From positions 149,056 to 213,055 of the forward strand of contig CAWBNQ010000005.1 of the NCBI GenBank assembly GCA_963790205.1: DNA of 64,000 bases, given 5' to 3'. The notes under the pieces are model-generated. The model worked only from the letters and a program-made list of their open reading frames with translations, was not told the DNA's origin and searched no databases. Shown piece after piece: positions 9,887 through 19,406 of the stretch (position 1 is its first letter; every line of letters starts with the position of its first letter). Source of the DNA: Nitrospirota bacterium (GTDB lineage: Bacteria > Nitrospirota > UBA9217). Made by a program: the position numbers and the translations under genes.

Positions 9887-11059
9887 CTAAGCAAGTATCT
9901 GTTCGATGATATTTCTTAGGCGACTATTGAATTGCTTCTGACCCCATGAGTCGGTCAGTTGTTTTCCTTTTTTAATGAGATCTGCACACATGACATCATC
10001 GGTCCACAACAGCTTAAGGCAGTGTGCGATTTCGTCAATTGACTCAGGGTTGAACAGTAAAGCCGCATCGCCCACTTGTTCGGGAATGCCATAAATACCC
10101 GAGATTGCAACAGGACAGCCGGTGACAAAAGCCTCCAGCGGAGGGATGTTCGTCGGGCCAAAAAACGTGGGCATGACGAGTGCACGAGCGCGTCGATATA
10201 GCTCCGGCATATCCTGATCCGGTACGTATCCCAAGATCAGAACATCATCGACAAGATTCAAGTTATGAATATGTTTTACTGTTGTCTGGTAACCGTTTTT
10301 TGTCGATCCCGCCAGGACTAATTTCAAATCCGGGAGTTCCTGTTTCAAGCGCCCAACAGCGCTGATCAATCTTTTATGGTTCTTATGCTCCCAAAATTGA
10401 GCGGGATAAAAGATGAACTTCTCGGGGAGCTTATACCGTGAATCGAAATCCACGGGCTTTTGTGACGAATAGATATATTGGGGCGCGATATAGGGCAGAA
10501 TGTAAACGCGTTTATCTGATAGTCCATAACTTTCCATCACATGGTGCTTCCCGACCTCAGAGTCGACAAGTACACCGCGGGCCCAATAACAAATGTTGCG
10601 ACTGCTCCATTCCCTCCTTCGATACATGCCATGCGCGGAGACCTCCGGAAATTTTGATTCGTAACGATGCATCAGGTCATGTATGGTCACCAGCGCAGGA
10701 ACGGGTATTTGAAAGCCGAAGTGGTCCTGGGTGGGAAATATCCATAGATCGCAACGTTCTTTCAGAAGTGTTTTAGCCAGAGGAAGGAAAGAGGGACATA
10801 TTTTCCTCCATACTATAATGGGAAGATCCAGTGCTCCCCATATTCTCCAAAGAACTCTTCCCCAGAAACCTTTATGAACGTAGAGGGTCTTGAAACTTTT
10901 CGCTTTGAGATGCTCTGGCCACAGTTTTGAAGTATATGCGACAACGACGGAGTACTCGTCGCTCCGCAGGGCATTCACGGCTTCAAGCATGGCCTGATTA
11001 TATTGGAACATCCCGCCGAACTGCGGTTCCGCTCCAAGGAAAAGACCGATCTTTTTCAC
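9887..11059 (-). CDS. Glycosyltransferase family 4
   Basis: GT4 C-terminal motifs (VLAGSTKNGY, LVMPTFFGPTNIPPLEAF, GCPVAISG). I place the start at GTG 11059, which gives a GTGA overlap with the upstream gene stop. The track start at 11119 would overlap that gene by 64 nt. Confidence 0.75.
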   Translation of the reverse strand: MKKIGLFLGAEPQFGGMFQYNQAMLEAVNALRSDEYSVVVAYTSKLWPEHLKAKSFKTLYVHKGFWGRVLWRIWGALDLPIIVWRKICPSFLPLAKTLLKERCDLWIFPTQDHFGFQIPVPALVTIHDLMHRYESKFPEVSAHGMYRRREWSSRNICYWARGVLVDSEVGKHHVMESYGLSDKRVYILPYIAPQYIYSSQKPVDFDSRYKLPEKFIFYPAQFWEHKNHKRLISAVGRLKQELPDLKLVLAGSTKNGYQTTVKHIHNLNLVDDVLILGYVPDQDMPELYRRARALVMPTFFGPTNIPPLEAFVTGCPVAISGIYGIPEQVGDAALLFNPESIDEIAHCLKLLWTDDVMCADLIKKGKQLTDSWGQKQFNSRLRNIIEQILA

Positions 11060-11823
11060 GCTTGCACCACAAAACAAACACCCCAGGTGTCGACACCCGG
11101 TTCTTTTCCGGACATCCATTCAAAACTTGCGAGAAGTTTTAGCCGCAGCTGTGATAAAAAAAGTTCTATTTCCGGACTAAATAAATAACGCATGGAATGC
11201 ACTTCATGTAACTCTTCCACGATGTTATTCGCCTTATTTTTTATAAACACATGATAATGAACGTCGACAATATTTTTTGCAGCATGCATAACCGGCTCTG
11301 CGATGCGCGTGACCAGAATCTGTTCATCTTCAAGGCGCTTCACCCGGACAGCCGGTTTTTCCGATATGACCGCAGGTCCATACCAGCAATCGAAGATAAA
11401 GATGCCGCCCGGATTAAGGTGCGACTTTGCCGTGGCGAATGAAGCCAAAAGGTCTTCATTTGTCGTTTGATAGCTCATTACGTGAAATAATGATATTATC
11501 GCGTCGAATTTTTTATCAAGCCTTACCGTGCGGATATCACCATGTGAGAATGACAAATTCTCCGAAAGGTCACGGGAGCGATTCGAAAGCCGCGCTTTCG
11601 CCGTTTCAAGCATCTCAGTGCTCATGTCCACTCCGTGCAGAGTATAGCCCATCTCAGCCAGAATCGTTGCATGAACGCCCGTTCCGCACCCTAATTCCAG
11701 TATTGACTTCGCATTCGGGGTGTGCCGCCGGATCAACGTGTGTATATACTTTGCTTCGGCTCCATAATCCTTATCTTTATACAGCAGATCGTAATATCGG
11801 GCGTAGTTGTTAAAAACATTCAT
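11056..11823 (-). CDS. SAM-dependent methyltransferase resembling TylM1/DesVI-type amino-sugar N,N-dimethyltransferases
   Basis: The N-terminal YDLLYKDKDYGAEAKYIHTLIRRHTPNAKSILELGCGTGVH run parallels the TylM1 pattern (YDLVH..KDY..EA..L..RRH.P.A.SLLDVACGTG.H). It lies immediately downstream of a DegT aminotransferase and a cupin. Confidence 0.6.
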   Translation of the reverse strand: MNVFNNYARYYDLLYKDKDYGAEAKYIHTLIRRHTPNAKSILELGCGTGVHATILAEMGYTLHGVDMSTEMLETAKARLSNRSRDLSENLSFSHGDIRTVRLDKKFDAIISLFHVMSYQTTNEDLLASFATAKSHLNPGGIFIFDCWYGPAVISEKPAVRVKRLEDEQILVTRIAEPVMHAAKNIVDVHYHVFIKNKANNIVEELHEVHSMRYLFSPEIELFLSQLRLKLLASFEWMSGKEPGVDTWGVCFVVQA

Positions 11824-11903
11824 TATCAGATCTCCACAACGTCCGTATCTTATCCGATTTCATAAATAATGCCAAATGTATTCTATTGAGAGCGCGCACA
11901 TTT

Positions 11904-13022
11904 TTACGAAAGAATGGTTTTGAGAGCCGATGCAGATCGTTCTATCTGCTCATTCATCAAGGCCATTCCGCTGGGGATATAAAAACCTCGCCTGGCTAAG
12001 CGCTCTGCTATTGGATATGTTTCCTGTGCGAACAAGCCCATCTTATGAAACACCGGCTGTTCGTGCATAGGCCAGAAAAAAGGCCGGCTCCCGACCTTAA
12101 GCCCCGACAAGCGACGCATGGCTTCCTCCGCATCGAACGGCACGTCATCTTTAAGGATGAGTCCATAGACCCAGTAAATGTTCTCCGCATACTCTGTGCT
12201 TATCAAGGGAAGATCTAAACCCGGCACGTCCTTAAGCAGTTCAGTATACCGTTTCCCCATTGCGCGTTTGCGCGCGACAAATTCATCGAGACGCTCTGTT
12301 TGAGCAATGCCCAACGCGGCCTGCAGATTGGTCATGCGGAAGTTATAGCCGAGTTCCTCGTGAACAAATCTTTTTTTCGGTTGAAAGCACAGATTTCGCA
12401 GTGACCGGCATCGTTCCATCAGCCTGTCGTCGTTGGTCAGCACCATCCCGCCTTCACCGGTGGTGATATGTTTGTTGGGATAAAAGCTGAACGTGCTGAT
12501 ATCGCCAAAACTACCACAGGGCCTGCCTTTGTAGGTCTGGCCGTGCATTTGCGCTGCATCTTCAATAATGCCCAGTCCGAACTTGTGAGCAAGGGACAGG
12601 ACCGGGTCCATGTCGACAGGTAATCCGTAAATATGTACGACCATAATAGCTTTCGTACGGGATGTGATCTTGGCTTCGATCTGCGATACATCCATGTTCC
12701 ACGTTACGGGATCGCTGTCCACAAGGACCGGGATACAACCCCGCCGCACGATTGCCGCAGCGCAGGAGATGATGGTGAAGGCCGGCATGATGATCTCGTC
12801 GCCGGCTTGAAGTTCAAGAGCGGCGACAGCAACCTCGAGCGCCACCGTCCCATTGCATACCGCAATACCGTATTTGCGGCCTGCAATGGCAGCCATTCGT
12901 TCCTCGAACTTCTGAACGAACGGTCCTTCGGAGGATATCCAGCCGGTATCGATACATTCACTGAGATATTTCTTTTCGTTGCCGTTTATTAAAGGTTCAT
13001 TGACAGGAATAAAATTGTCCAT
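11904..13022 (-). CDS. DegT/DnrJ/EryC1/StrS-family PLP-dependent sugar aminotransferase
   Basis: Characteristic N-terminus (PVNEPLINGNEKKYLSECIDTGWISSEGPFV) and a conserved Lys region for PLP. Confidence 0.9.
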   Translation of the reverse strand: MDNFIPVNEPLINGNEKKYLSECIDTGWISSEGPFVQKFEERMAAIAGRKYGIAVCNGTVALEVAVAALELQAGDEIIMPAFTIISCAAAIVRRGCIPVLVDSDPVTWNMDVSQIEAKITSRTKAIMVVHIYGLPVDMDPVLSLAHKFGLGIIEDAAQMHGQTYKGRPCGSFGDISTFSFYPNKHITTGEGGMVLTNDDRLMERCRSLRNLCFQPKKRFVHEELGYNFRMTNLQAALGIAQTERLDEFVARKRAMGKRYTELLKDVPGLDLPLISTEYAENIYWVYGLILKDDVPFDAEEAMRRLSGLKVGSRPFFWPMHEQPVFHKMGLFAQETYPIAERLARRGFYIPSGMALMNEQIERSASALKTILS

Positions 13023-13024
13023 GG

Positions 13025-13456
13025 TCAGTCCTTAATGTTCGCCTTATCGTGCGCAATACCGGTAAATTTCGTCTTGTCCTGGTCCCCTGCGTAGGGGCCC
13101 TGTTTCACTTCGATCATTTCTATCTCTTCCAATACCTTGAACCCGTGCCCGCCTGTTGCAAGCAAGATCACATCTCCTGAATATAAGATCCTGCTCTCCA
13201 GATAGGTCTGGTGATCATCGTAAAAATCTATCTGTAATTTACCCCGTTTCAGGAACAATACCTCCTGGGTGAAGTGCACTTCCCGGTGCACTGGATTATG
13301 TACGTGCGGTTGTATCACTTTACCGGCCGGATGACGCATGTAGGCCAGTTGCTGTGAAAGGTCGTTCGGAGTGAAAAAGCTGACTCCGGGAGTGTTAAAG
13401 CCGGTCCGAATGATAATCGACAGAAGCGTATCCTTATGCATTATTTTTTCAATCAT
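13025..13456 (-). CDS. Cupin-fold protein, WbuC/sugar 3,4-ketoisomerase-like (uncertain)
   Basis: 143-aa single cupin barrel with HVHNPVHREVH metal-site-like residues. It sits between the aminotransferase and a glycosyltransferase. Confidence 0.45.
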   Translation of the reverse strand: MIEKIMHKDTLLSIIIRTGFNTPGVSFFTPNDLSQQLAYMRHPAGKVIQPHVHNPVHREVHFTQEVLFLKRGKLQIDFYDDHQTYLESRILYSGDVILLATGGHGFKVLEEIEMIEVKQGPYAGDQDKTKFTGIAHDKANIKD

Positions 13457-14388
13457 AGTGAGATATCCTTTAAGTAACCAAGTAACTTGTTTCCGAAACG
13501 TTTCACCAATCCAGGCCTTATTGATTTTAAGAATGATCTTACTTCACTTCGAGCGACCGGATCTTCTCGTACGGGAATCGTAGCGATATGCACTTTAACA
13601 TCAGAAAGCTTCGTAAAAAAAACATTCGTACTCCCACTATTGATTCCACTGGAATCATTGCCTATGTTTTGGACGAGCGATGTGCCGGGATACAGTGTCA
13701 GTTTTTCTCGTAGAAAAGCTGAGGCATACCATCTGACAGCCCAGGAATCATTCTTTTTGTCAATTTGATCTTGCAGCATTTTGGTATAGGGATATGCTCC
13801 GTCGAAGTCAAATTGATTTTGTGCGCCTCTCTTCAGTAGGTCGGTCAATAGTTTTCGACCGTCCGCTTCGAACAAATCCCAGCCCCTCTTCCACGTTGCC
13901 CACCCCCAGCAGTCGGCACCTTTCAAAAAAAAGGTTTCAGGAAGACGGGCCTGGACCGGGTATAGATAACCGTGAATGCTTATGACCTTATCTTCCTCCC
14001 TATAAAGTTCCAAAGCGTCATTCATATAATTCAAAAAAGACGGAGATGTCTTCAAATCATCTTCCAACACGATTATGCGTCCGAACCTGTTAACGATCTC
14101 CGTTACGCCCGCAATAATGGATTGGGCCAGGCCGAGGTTCTGGTTTCGTTCAGTTAGTACGATGTTTTTAAAGCCCGTTATCGTTTTTATATATTTCCTG
14201 ACGTCATCGACTGCATTGCAATCGGCACCAGATCTCGGACCATCTGAAAAAATAAAAAGATCACTGTCGGACGCCAATTCATTTTTCTGCAATGCTCCCA
14301 CGGTTTGGCGGGTATGCCAGGGTCTATTAAAAACGAATAAAGCTATGGGGGCCAGAGGAGTCGGCATAATCGATAATGAATTATTCAT
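13453..14388 (-). CDS. Putative GT-A-type glycosyltransferase (GT2-like, atypical)
   Basis: 311 aa with a VLEDDL DxD-like motif. Its position in the locus is the main support. I recognised no strong family signature. Confidence 0.4.
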   Translation of the reverse strand: MNNSLSIMPTPLAPIALFVFNRPWHTRQTVGALQKNELASDSDLFIFSDGPRSGADCNAVDDVRKYIKTITGFKNIVLTERNQNLGLAQSIIAGVTEIVNRFGRIIVLEDDLKTSPSFLNYMNDALELYREEDKVISIHGYLYPVQARLPETFFLKGADCWGWATWKRGWDLFEADGRKLLTDLLKRGAQNQFDFDGAYPYTKMLQDQIDKKNDSWAVRWYASAFLREKLTLYPGTSLVQNIGNDSSGINSGSTNVFFTKLSDVKVHIATIPVREDPVARSEVRSFLKSIRPGLVKRFGNKLLGYLKDISL

Positions 14389-14392
14389 TGCG

Positions 14393-15007
14393 TCACAGTT
14401 TTACTGCATCGACAATAAGGGATGTATAATTGATCTTTTCTTTTGTATTCCTCGCGTCGTTCCATCTCGACCGGAGGATCAAACCATCCTCGGCGCTCCA
14501 GGGTGTAGAATGAAATTCAGCCTGTTCATCCCAATATTCAAGTAATTTCACCTTGAAACCACATCTCTGCAGCAGATCGCCAAGTGTTTTATACGTATAT
14601 AAGACCTTGTGATCGCCCGACCCCGGTCCGCTGCCCATCGGTTTCACATAGTCAATATATTTTACATCGGGGAAATTTCCGTCAGGAACCGCTATTCTAA
14701 AATATCCTCCCGGCTTGAGGAATTTGAAACAGTTTTTAGCGGCTAAAAAACCATCAGCCACGGTCAAATGCTCCCATACATGTTCCGCGAGAAGGGCATC
14801 TATGGAAGCATCGTCAAAGTAGCGCGCCCAATCTTTTTCCTTGAGAACGTTCAAATGCCCGATGTCCGTCCGGACCCACCCGCGTTGGGATACGTCGGCA
14901 GCGCCGATGATCACTTTCAGGGGAGACCGAAGCGTCCCTCGTTTGATCTTTATACCTCTAATAAAATGTTTTGCTGATGTATATATCTTAAGGACGATAT
15001 TTTTCAT
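14393..15007 (-). CDS. Putative SAM-dependent methyltransferase (divergent)
   Basis: Methyltransf_11-like core (FLKPGGYFRIAVPDG). I chose the start at internal ATG 15007 (MKNIVLKIY). The track start at 15037 is TTG. Confidence 0.5.
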   Translation of the reverse strand: MKNIVLKIYTSAKHFIRGIKIKRGTLRSPLKVIIGAADVSQRGWVRTDIGHLNVLKEKDWARYFDDASIDALLAEHVWEHLTVADGFLAAKNCFKFLKPGGYFRIAVPDGNFPDVKYIDYVKPMGSGPGSGDHKVLYTYKTLGDLLQRCGFKVKLLEYWDEQAEFHSTPWSAEDGLILRSRWNDARNTKEKINYTSLIVDAVKL

Positions 15008-15066
15008 AGGCAAGCGCCGCGTTCCGTGGATAAGCAAAAATTTTAAAGCACGCCTCAGCCGTAAAG

Positions 15067-16242
15067 CTACCCTCTTCCCCGAATCATTTTGCCTTCCAGT
15101 AAATTTTCATAAACTTTTTTCAATTCTTCAGCGCATTTCACGGCCTCGTAATTTTGCTCTACATGTTTTCGTGCGTTCTCACAATAGGTGCGATAAACAG
15201 GCTCTTCCATGGTATAAAAAATTTCTATGGCGCGCGCTAATTCATCGACATCGTTTTCGTCGACCAGAATACCGGACACTCCGTTCATGACCTCCTCCGG
15301 GATATCGCAGTGAAACGTCGAAAGAACAGGCATGCCCGAAGCTTGGGCGTCGAGCAGGACAACAGGAGCTCCGCCCTCGCAGTCGCCATTCTCGCCATAT
15401 TTGCTCGGATGAATGAAAACCTGATGTTTGGTTAAAAAAGGATATAACTGGCTGAAATCGATCCCATCGATAAAATTCACCTGGCGTTCCAAATCGGCGT
15501 CGTTGACCATACGCTGCAGCGCACCTCTCATCCCCTCCGGGTCTTTCCCGACGAGGGTCAATGTCATGTTGGGACACCGCGGAAACGCTTTGATAAACGC
15601 CTTGATCGTGACATCATAACCTTTTTTTTCCGAAAAACTGGCAATTTGCACCAGCCTTAATTCGCACCGCTTTTTTTTACGCTTGAAATACGGGATGTCC
15701 GCCACCTGGACCCCCAGATGAACGACCTTTACCTTATCTGCCGGACATCCGATCTGTATCAACTTATTGCGGCCCGCCGTTCCTTCTGCAAGGAAAAGAG
15801 AGGCTTCCTTGAATAATCTTTGATACCGTTTTACCCAGACGGGCCTGCTGCTCGGCAGATATTCATAGTCGAAACCATAAAAGGAAACCACCAGAGGAAT
15901 TTTTTTCATGCGGGACAGCCATAAATATTGCCACCCGACAAAAGAAAAATGAGCGTGCAGGATATCAGCGTCCGGTATCCGAAAGATGATAAATCTCCGC
16001 CAAAGAGGATCGAGTGTTAAGCGTACCCGGTTAACGACTTTTTGCAACAGCCACGGACGATCGTTTCGCCAGCGTGAATAGGGAGCGAGGATAAAACGGG
16101 CATGCGGCAGGGGAAAGGCCCCGTCATTTTCAATGCGCTCCGAAACAATGACCAGCTCAACGGAAGAAAGATTTTTTAAGAGTCGATAGCACCAGTTTTG
16201 GGTCGTATGTAAATATGCGTAAAAAAGATGAATTACCCGCAT
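15067..16242 (-). CDS. Glycosyltransferase family 4
   Basis: GT4 C-terminal EX7E-type region (HPSKYGENGDCEGGAPVVLLDAQASGMPVLST). The start ATG at 16242 overlaps the upstream stop by 1 nt. Confidence 0.8.
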   Translation of the reverse strand: MRVIHLFYAYLHTTQNWCYRLLKNLSSVELVIVSERIENDGAFPLPHARFILAPYSRWRNDRPWLLQKVVNRVRLTLDPLWRRFIIFRIPDADILHAHFSFVGWQYLWLSRMKKIPLVVSFYGFDYEYLPSSRPVWVKRYQRLFKEASLFLAEGTAGRNKLIQIGCPADKVKVVHLGVQVADIPYFKRKKKRCELRLVQIASFSEKKGYDVTIKAFIKAFPRCPNMTLTLVGKDPEGMRGALQRMVNDADLERQVNFIDGIDFSQLYPFLTKHQVFIHPSKYGENGDCEGGAPVVLLDAQASGMPVLSTFHCDIPEEVMNGVSGILVDENDVDELARAIEIFYTMEEPVYRTYCENARKHVEQNYEAVKCAEELKKVYENLLEGKMIRGRG

Positions 16243-17687
16243 TACAGAGACCCTTTCACGATACGGATGAACGTTTGCTTCTGCCACCAATACATCACGG
16301 CAATATAGATCGTTACCCCGATCCCCGCGGATACCAGCAGCTGTATTGCGACAGCATACCGGGACAGTATGAAGACGCCGAGATAATGGAGCGTAATCCC
16401 CATAAAAAGGGAAGCGGCGAGCATGGGCAAAAAAGCGTTTATGTATTCAACCGTATGCAAGTTCACCAGCTTCCATCGTAACCAGAACCCGGCGGGAAAC
16501 AAGACGAGCGCCGTTGAGAGCAACAAACCGGCGGCAATGCCGAGCAACCCAAAGCGCGAGCCGAACCAGACGGCGGTCCCGTACAAAAAAATCCTGAACA
16601 CATTAAAAAAGAACCCTAAATCAGCGCGGCCTTTGGCGAGAAGGAGACTCCCGAGCGAATTACCAAGGCTGATGAAATATCCGAGTATGCAAAGGACCTG
16701 GAAGACGGAAACGGCCGGCGACCATTTCTCGCCTACCAGTACGATGATAAAAGGTTTCGCCAGCAAAATCATCCCCGTGTAGAGAGGGAAAAGAACAAAT
16801 GCAATAATGCGGATGGCGTCCAGGAACCCGCTGCGCAATCGCGCGTTGTCGTGCTGCACCCTGGCAAAAAGAGGAAATGCCACCCGGGTAATTATCGGAT
16901 TAAAAATATCAATCGGTTTCGTCATGAGCTGATACGCTATGTTGTAAAAGCCGAGCGACTGGGCGCCCAGCAGCCTTCCGATAAGCAGCTTATCGAGGTT
17001 GCCTCCCAGATAATTGATCGAACGCTCCCCCATCTGATAGAGACCGAAGCCGAGATACCCTTTGAGATCGCTTCGCTTAAAATGAAGAAGCGGCCGCCAT
17101 CGGCGAAATCCCCAGAAGCTGATCACCAGCGTTCTCACTACGGTATTCACCAGCTGTCCCAGGACCAGGGATACTACTCCGAAACCGGCATGGGCCAGAG
17201 AAACAGCGACGGCAAAGCCGGCGATCGACCCGAGGATCTCCGCAAGAGCGATTTCATTGAACAGCAGTTCCCGTTGGAGCAGTACTTGCGACTGCTGGCC
17301 GATCGGCATAATGAGAAACACAAGGGACGCGAGAAGAAGCAGCCGGTCGAGACGCGGCTCATGATAAAATGAGACAATGAAGGGCCTGACGGCCGCGATG
17401 AGAACAAAAATGGCCGCACCGGTCAAAATATTCAACCAGTAAAGAGATGACAGGCGCTCCCTGTCTTCACTTTGATAGTGAATGATCGCATTGCTTATGC
17501 CCATGTCGGCAAAGGCCTGGGCAAAGCCGATGACGACCATGATCATCGCCATCAAACCGAAATCGTCCGGCGCGAGCACCCTCCCGAGATAGGCAAGTTG
17601 AGCGATAGAAAGCGCAGTTGTCACGAAACTGGAGAGTGACGTCCATTTGATTGCGGAAAAAGCCTGTTTTCGTAAGTGCAATGCCAT
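16242..17687 (-). CDS. Wzx-like oligosaccharide flippase (MOP/polysaccharide biosynthesis protein family)
   Basis: 481 aa with about 12-14 TM helices and the N-terminal pattern of PST-family flippases. Confidence 0.8.
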   Translation of the reverse strand: MALHLRKQAFSAIKWTSLSSFVTTALSIAQLAYLGRVLAPDDFGLMAMIMVVIGFAQAFADMGISNAIIHYQSEDRERLSSLYWLNILTGAAIFVLIAAVRPFIVSFYHEPRLDRLLLLASLVFLIMPIGQQSQVLLQRELLFNEIALAEILGSIAGFAVAVSLAHAGFGVVSLVLGQLVNTVVRTLVISFWGFRRWRPLLHFKRSDLKGYLGFGLYQMGERSINYLGGNLDKLLIGRLLGAQSLGFYNIAYQLMTKPIDIFNPIITRVAFPLFARVQHDNARLRSGFLDAIRIIAFVLFPLYTGMILLAKPFIIVLVGEKWSPAVSVFQVLCILGYFISLGNSLGSLLLAKGRADLGFFFNVFRIFLYGTAVWFGSRFGLLGIAAGLLLSTALVLFPAGFWLRWKLVNLHTVEYINAFLPMLAASLFMGITLHYLGVFILSRYAVAIQLLVSAGIGVTIYIAVMYWWQKQTFIRIVKGSL

Positions 17688-17744
17688 GCTACCTATTTTT
17701 GCACGACACGAATGAATATAATGTACGCATGGTTCTCCTGGGAA

Positions 17745-18479
17745 TTATCCATTGTTTTGTTTTTTCCGGACGATGACGAGATAGAGCCATGTCCATTGAG
17801 TGCTGTTAGGATTGAACTTCATGTCTATCCTGTCCGCTATGGGGAAAACGATGTTATTGGCTACGATCAGTAATCGGGCCAAGATCGATAAGATACCGCC
17901 CATCACGGACTTTATATAGTAGCTCCATTCGCTGCCGAACGTGAGCCAAAAGCCGGAAAGCGGTACAATTTCGACTATTTCAAAACCCGCTTCTTTAAAA
18001 AGATGCTCCAGCCCATATTTCGTATACCGATAAAAATCCCGGGGCTCTTCATGGAGATGCCAGAAAAGGGGTACGGTGTACAGCGCATGTCCGTTCGGCT
18101 TTAAAACGCGGAATGATTCCTTCAAGGCAAGCAGCGGCTGTTCAAGGTGTTCCAAAACCGCCGTGCATAAAATGGAATCGAATGAATTGTCAGGCACAGG
18201 CATGTCATACGCCGTTCCTATGATGTCCACGGTGCTCAGATTATGCAGTGAATCCTTATGATCAAGGCCGACATATTCCTCCACGCAGTCGCCAAGCAAG
18301 AACTTTTTTTTCTTTTCGCCGCAACCGATATCCAGCAATCGTCCATTGAGATAACGGCCGGCATATTCTCGGATTTTCTGTCCGCCCTTTCGGATTACCA
18401 TGTAGGCAGGATTACTGATGGGATAATCTCGATAATAACGCGAGCTGTCAATCTGATTCATGCCGTTATTCGCCTTCAC
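17745..18479 (-). CDS. Class I SAM-dependent methyltransferase
   Basis: LLDIGCGEKK glycine-rich motif and a DSILCTAVLEHL/LKPNGHAL motif II/III. Confidence 0.8.
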   Translation of the reverse strand: MKANNGMNQIDSSRYYRDYPISNPAYMVIRKGGQKIREYAGRYLNGRLLDIGCGEKKKKFLLGDCVEEYVGLDHKDSLHNLSTVDIIGTAYDMPVPDNSFDSILCTAVLEHLEQPLLALKESFRVLKPNGHALYTVPLFWHLHEEPRDFYRYTKYGLEHLFKEAGFEIVEIVPLSGFWLTFGSEWSYYIKSVMGGILSILARLLIVANNIVFPIADRIDMKFNPNSTQWTWLYLVIVRKKQNNG

Positions 18480-19170
18480 CCGATTCGCACAGATAGGGTC
18501 TTTTAAAAATCGTAATCGCGGGGTCGCCCTTCGCTATGACGTTGTCCTCGACCCGGCCTCGTACTCTCACAACGCTGCCTGGCGCAACCCAGGAATCCTT
18601 CCCGATCGTTGCTCCGGGGAGGACGATGACATTCGACGCGATACCCGCTCCGTCCTTTAGCTCCACGAAACCCTGGACAATGCATTGTTCTTCCGGCAGC
18701 GCTCCCTGAGAATACTTGTAAATTCGATTTTTATCCTTCCCTTTGTAATGAAAGGACTCTGATAATACGATGGCTCCCGGACCTATGCCGCATTTTTCAC
18801 CGATCTTTACGCCGCCATATCCAAGGATGACCGCGCCGAAGGCGATCCTCGAATGATCGCCGAGGATCACCAGACCTTTTTCATGCGGAGCCGTCGGCGT
18901 AAGCTCTATCACGTCTCTTTTTTCTTCACCCCGGCTCCTGCCGGTATGAAGGATCACATTCTCTCTGATCATGACATTGTCACCGGCGATCACCGTGGAC
19001 GGGTCCGAGATGTGAACGTTAGTGCCGATCCACAGATCGTGGCCGCAGGAACGAAATCTTTTAGAGTAATAAGACCGCCTCAGAAGGGCGCCTGTTTCTC
19101 CCGGTAAATATAAGATAAATAACTGGCGGATATCCACAAGGACATGGAAAAGGAACCTGAGCAATTTCAT
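18466..19170 (-). CDS. Hexapeptide-repeat (left-handed beta-helix) acyltransferase
   Basis: Repeated [LIV]G-x-x-x-x-I hexapeptide units (IGTNVHI, AGDNVMI, LGDHSRI, IGEKCGI, IGKDSWV). It overlaps the ACP gene stop by 4 nt. Confidence 0.8.
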   Translation of the reverse strand: MKLLRFLFHVLVDIRQLFILYLPGETGALLRRSYYSKRFRSCGHDLWIGTNVHISDPSTVIAGDNVMIRENVILHTGRSRGEEKRDVIELTPTAPHEKGLVILGDHSRIAFGAVILGYGGVKIGEKCGIGPGAIVLSESFHYKGKDKNRIYKYSQGALPEEQCIVQGFVELKDGAGIASNVIVLPGATIGKDSWVAPGSVVRVRGRVEDNVIAKGDPAITIFKRPYLCESGEGE

Positions 19171-19406
19171 CGTGCACCGTTCTTTTCATTGATGTAATCG
19201 ACGATCTTGTCGATCGTTTCCAGTCTTGCAATATCCTCGTCGGGGATCTTGATCTTGAAATTTTCCTCGATTTCGAGCAGGATCCCCGACAAGTCCAAAG
19301 AGTCTATCCCGAGTTCTCGTAACGGTTTACCGTGATCACCTTCGTTTACTTCTGCGGAAGTGGTGACCGATTTAATGATTGTTACTATCTCAGCTCTTTG
19401 AACCAT
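19167..19406 (-). CDS. Acyl carrier protein
   Basis: 79 aa, acidic, with the LGIDSLD phosphopantetheine-attachment serine motif. Confidence 0.85.
   Translation of the reverse strand: MVQRAEIVTIIKSVTTSAEVNEGDHGKPLRELGIDSLDLSGILLEIEENFKIKIPDEDIARLETIDKIVDYINEKNGAR

Noticed and set aside
13025-13456. Calling the cupin a definite FdtA/QdtA 3,4-ketoisomerase
   Set aside because: It lacks the characteristic RG-HAH region I recall from FdtA. I kept it as a generic cupin, with the isomerase role as a hypothesis only.
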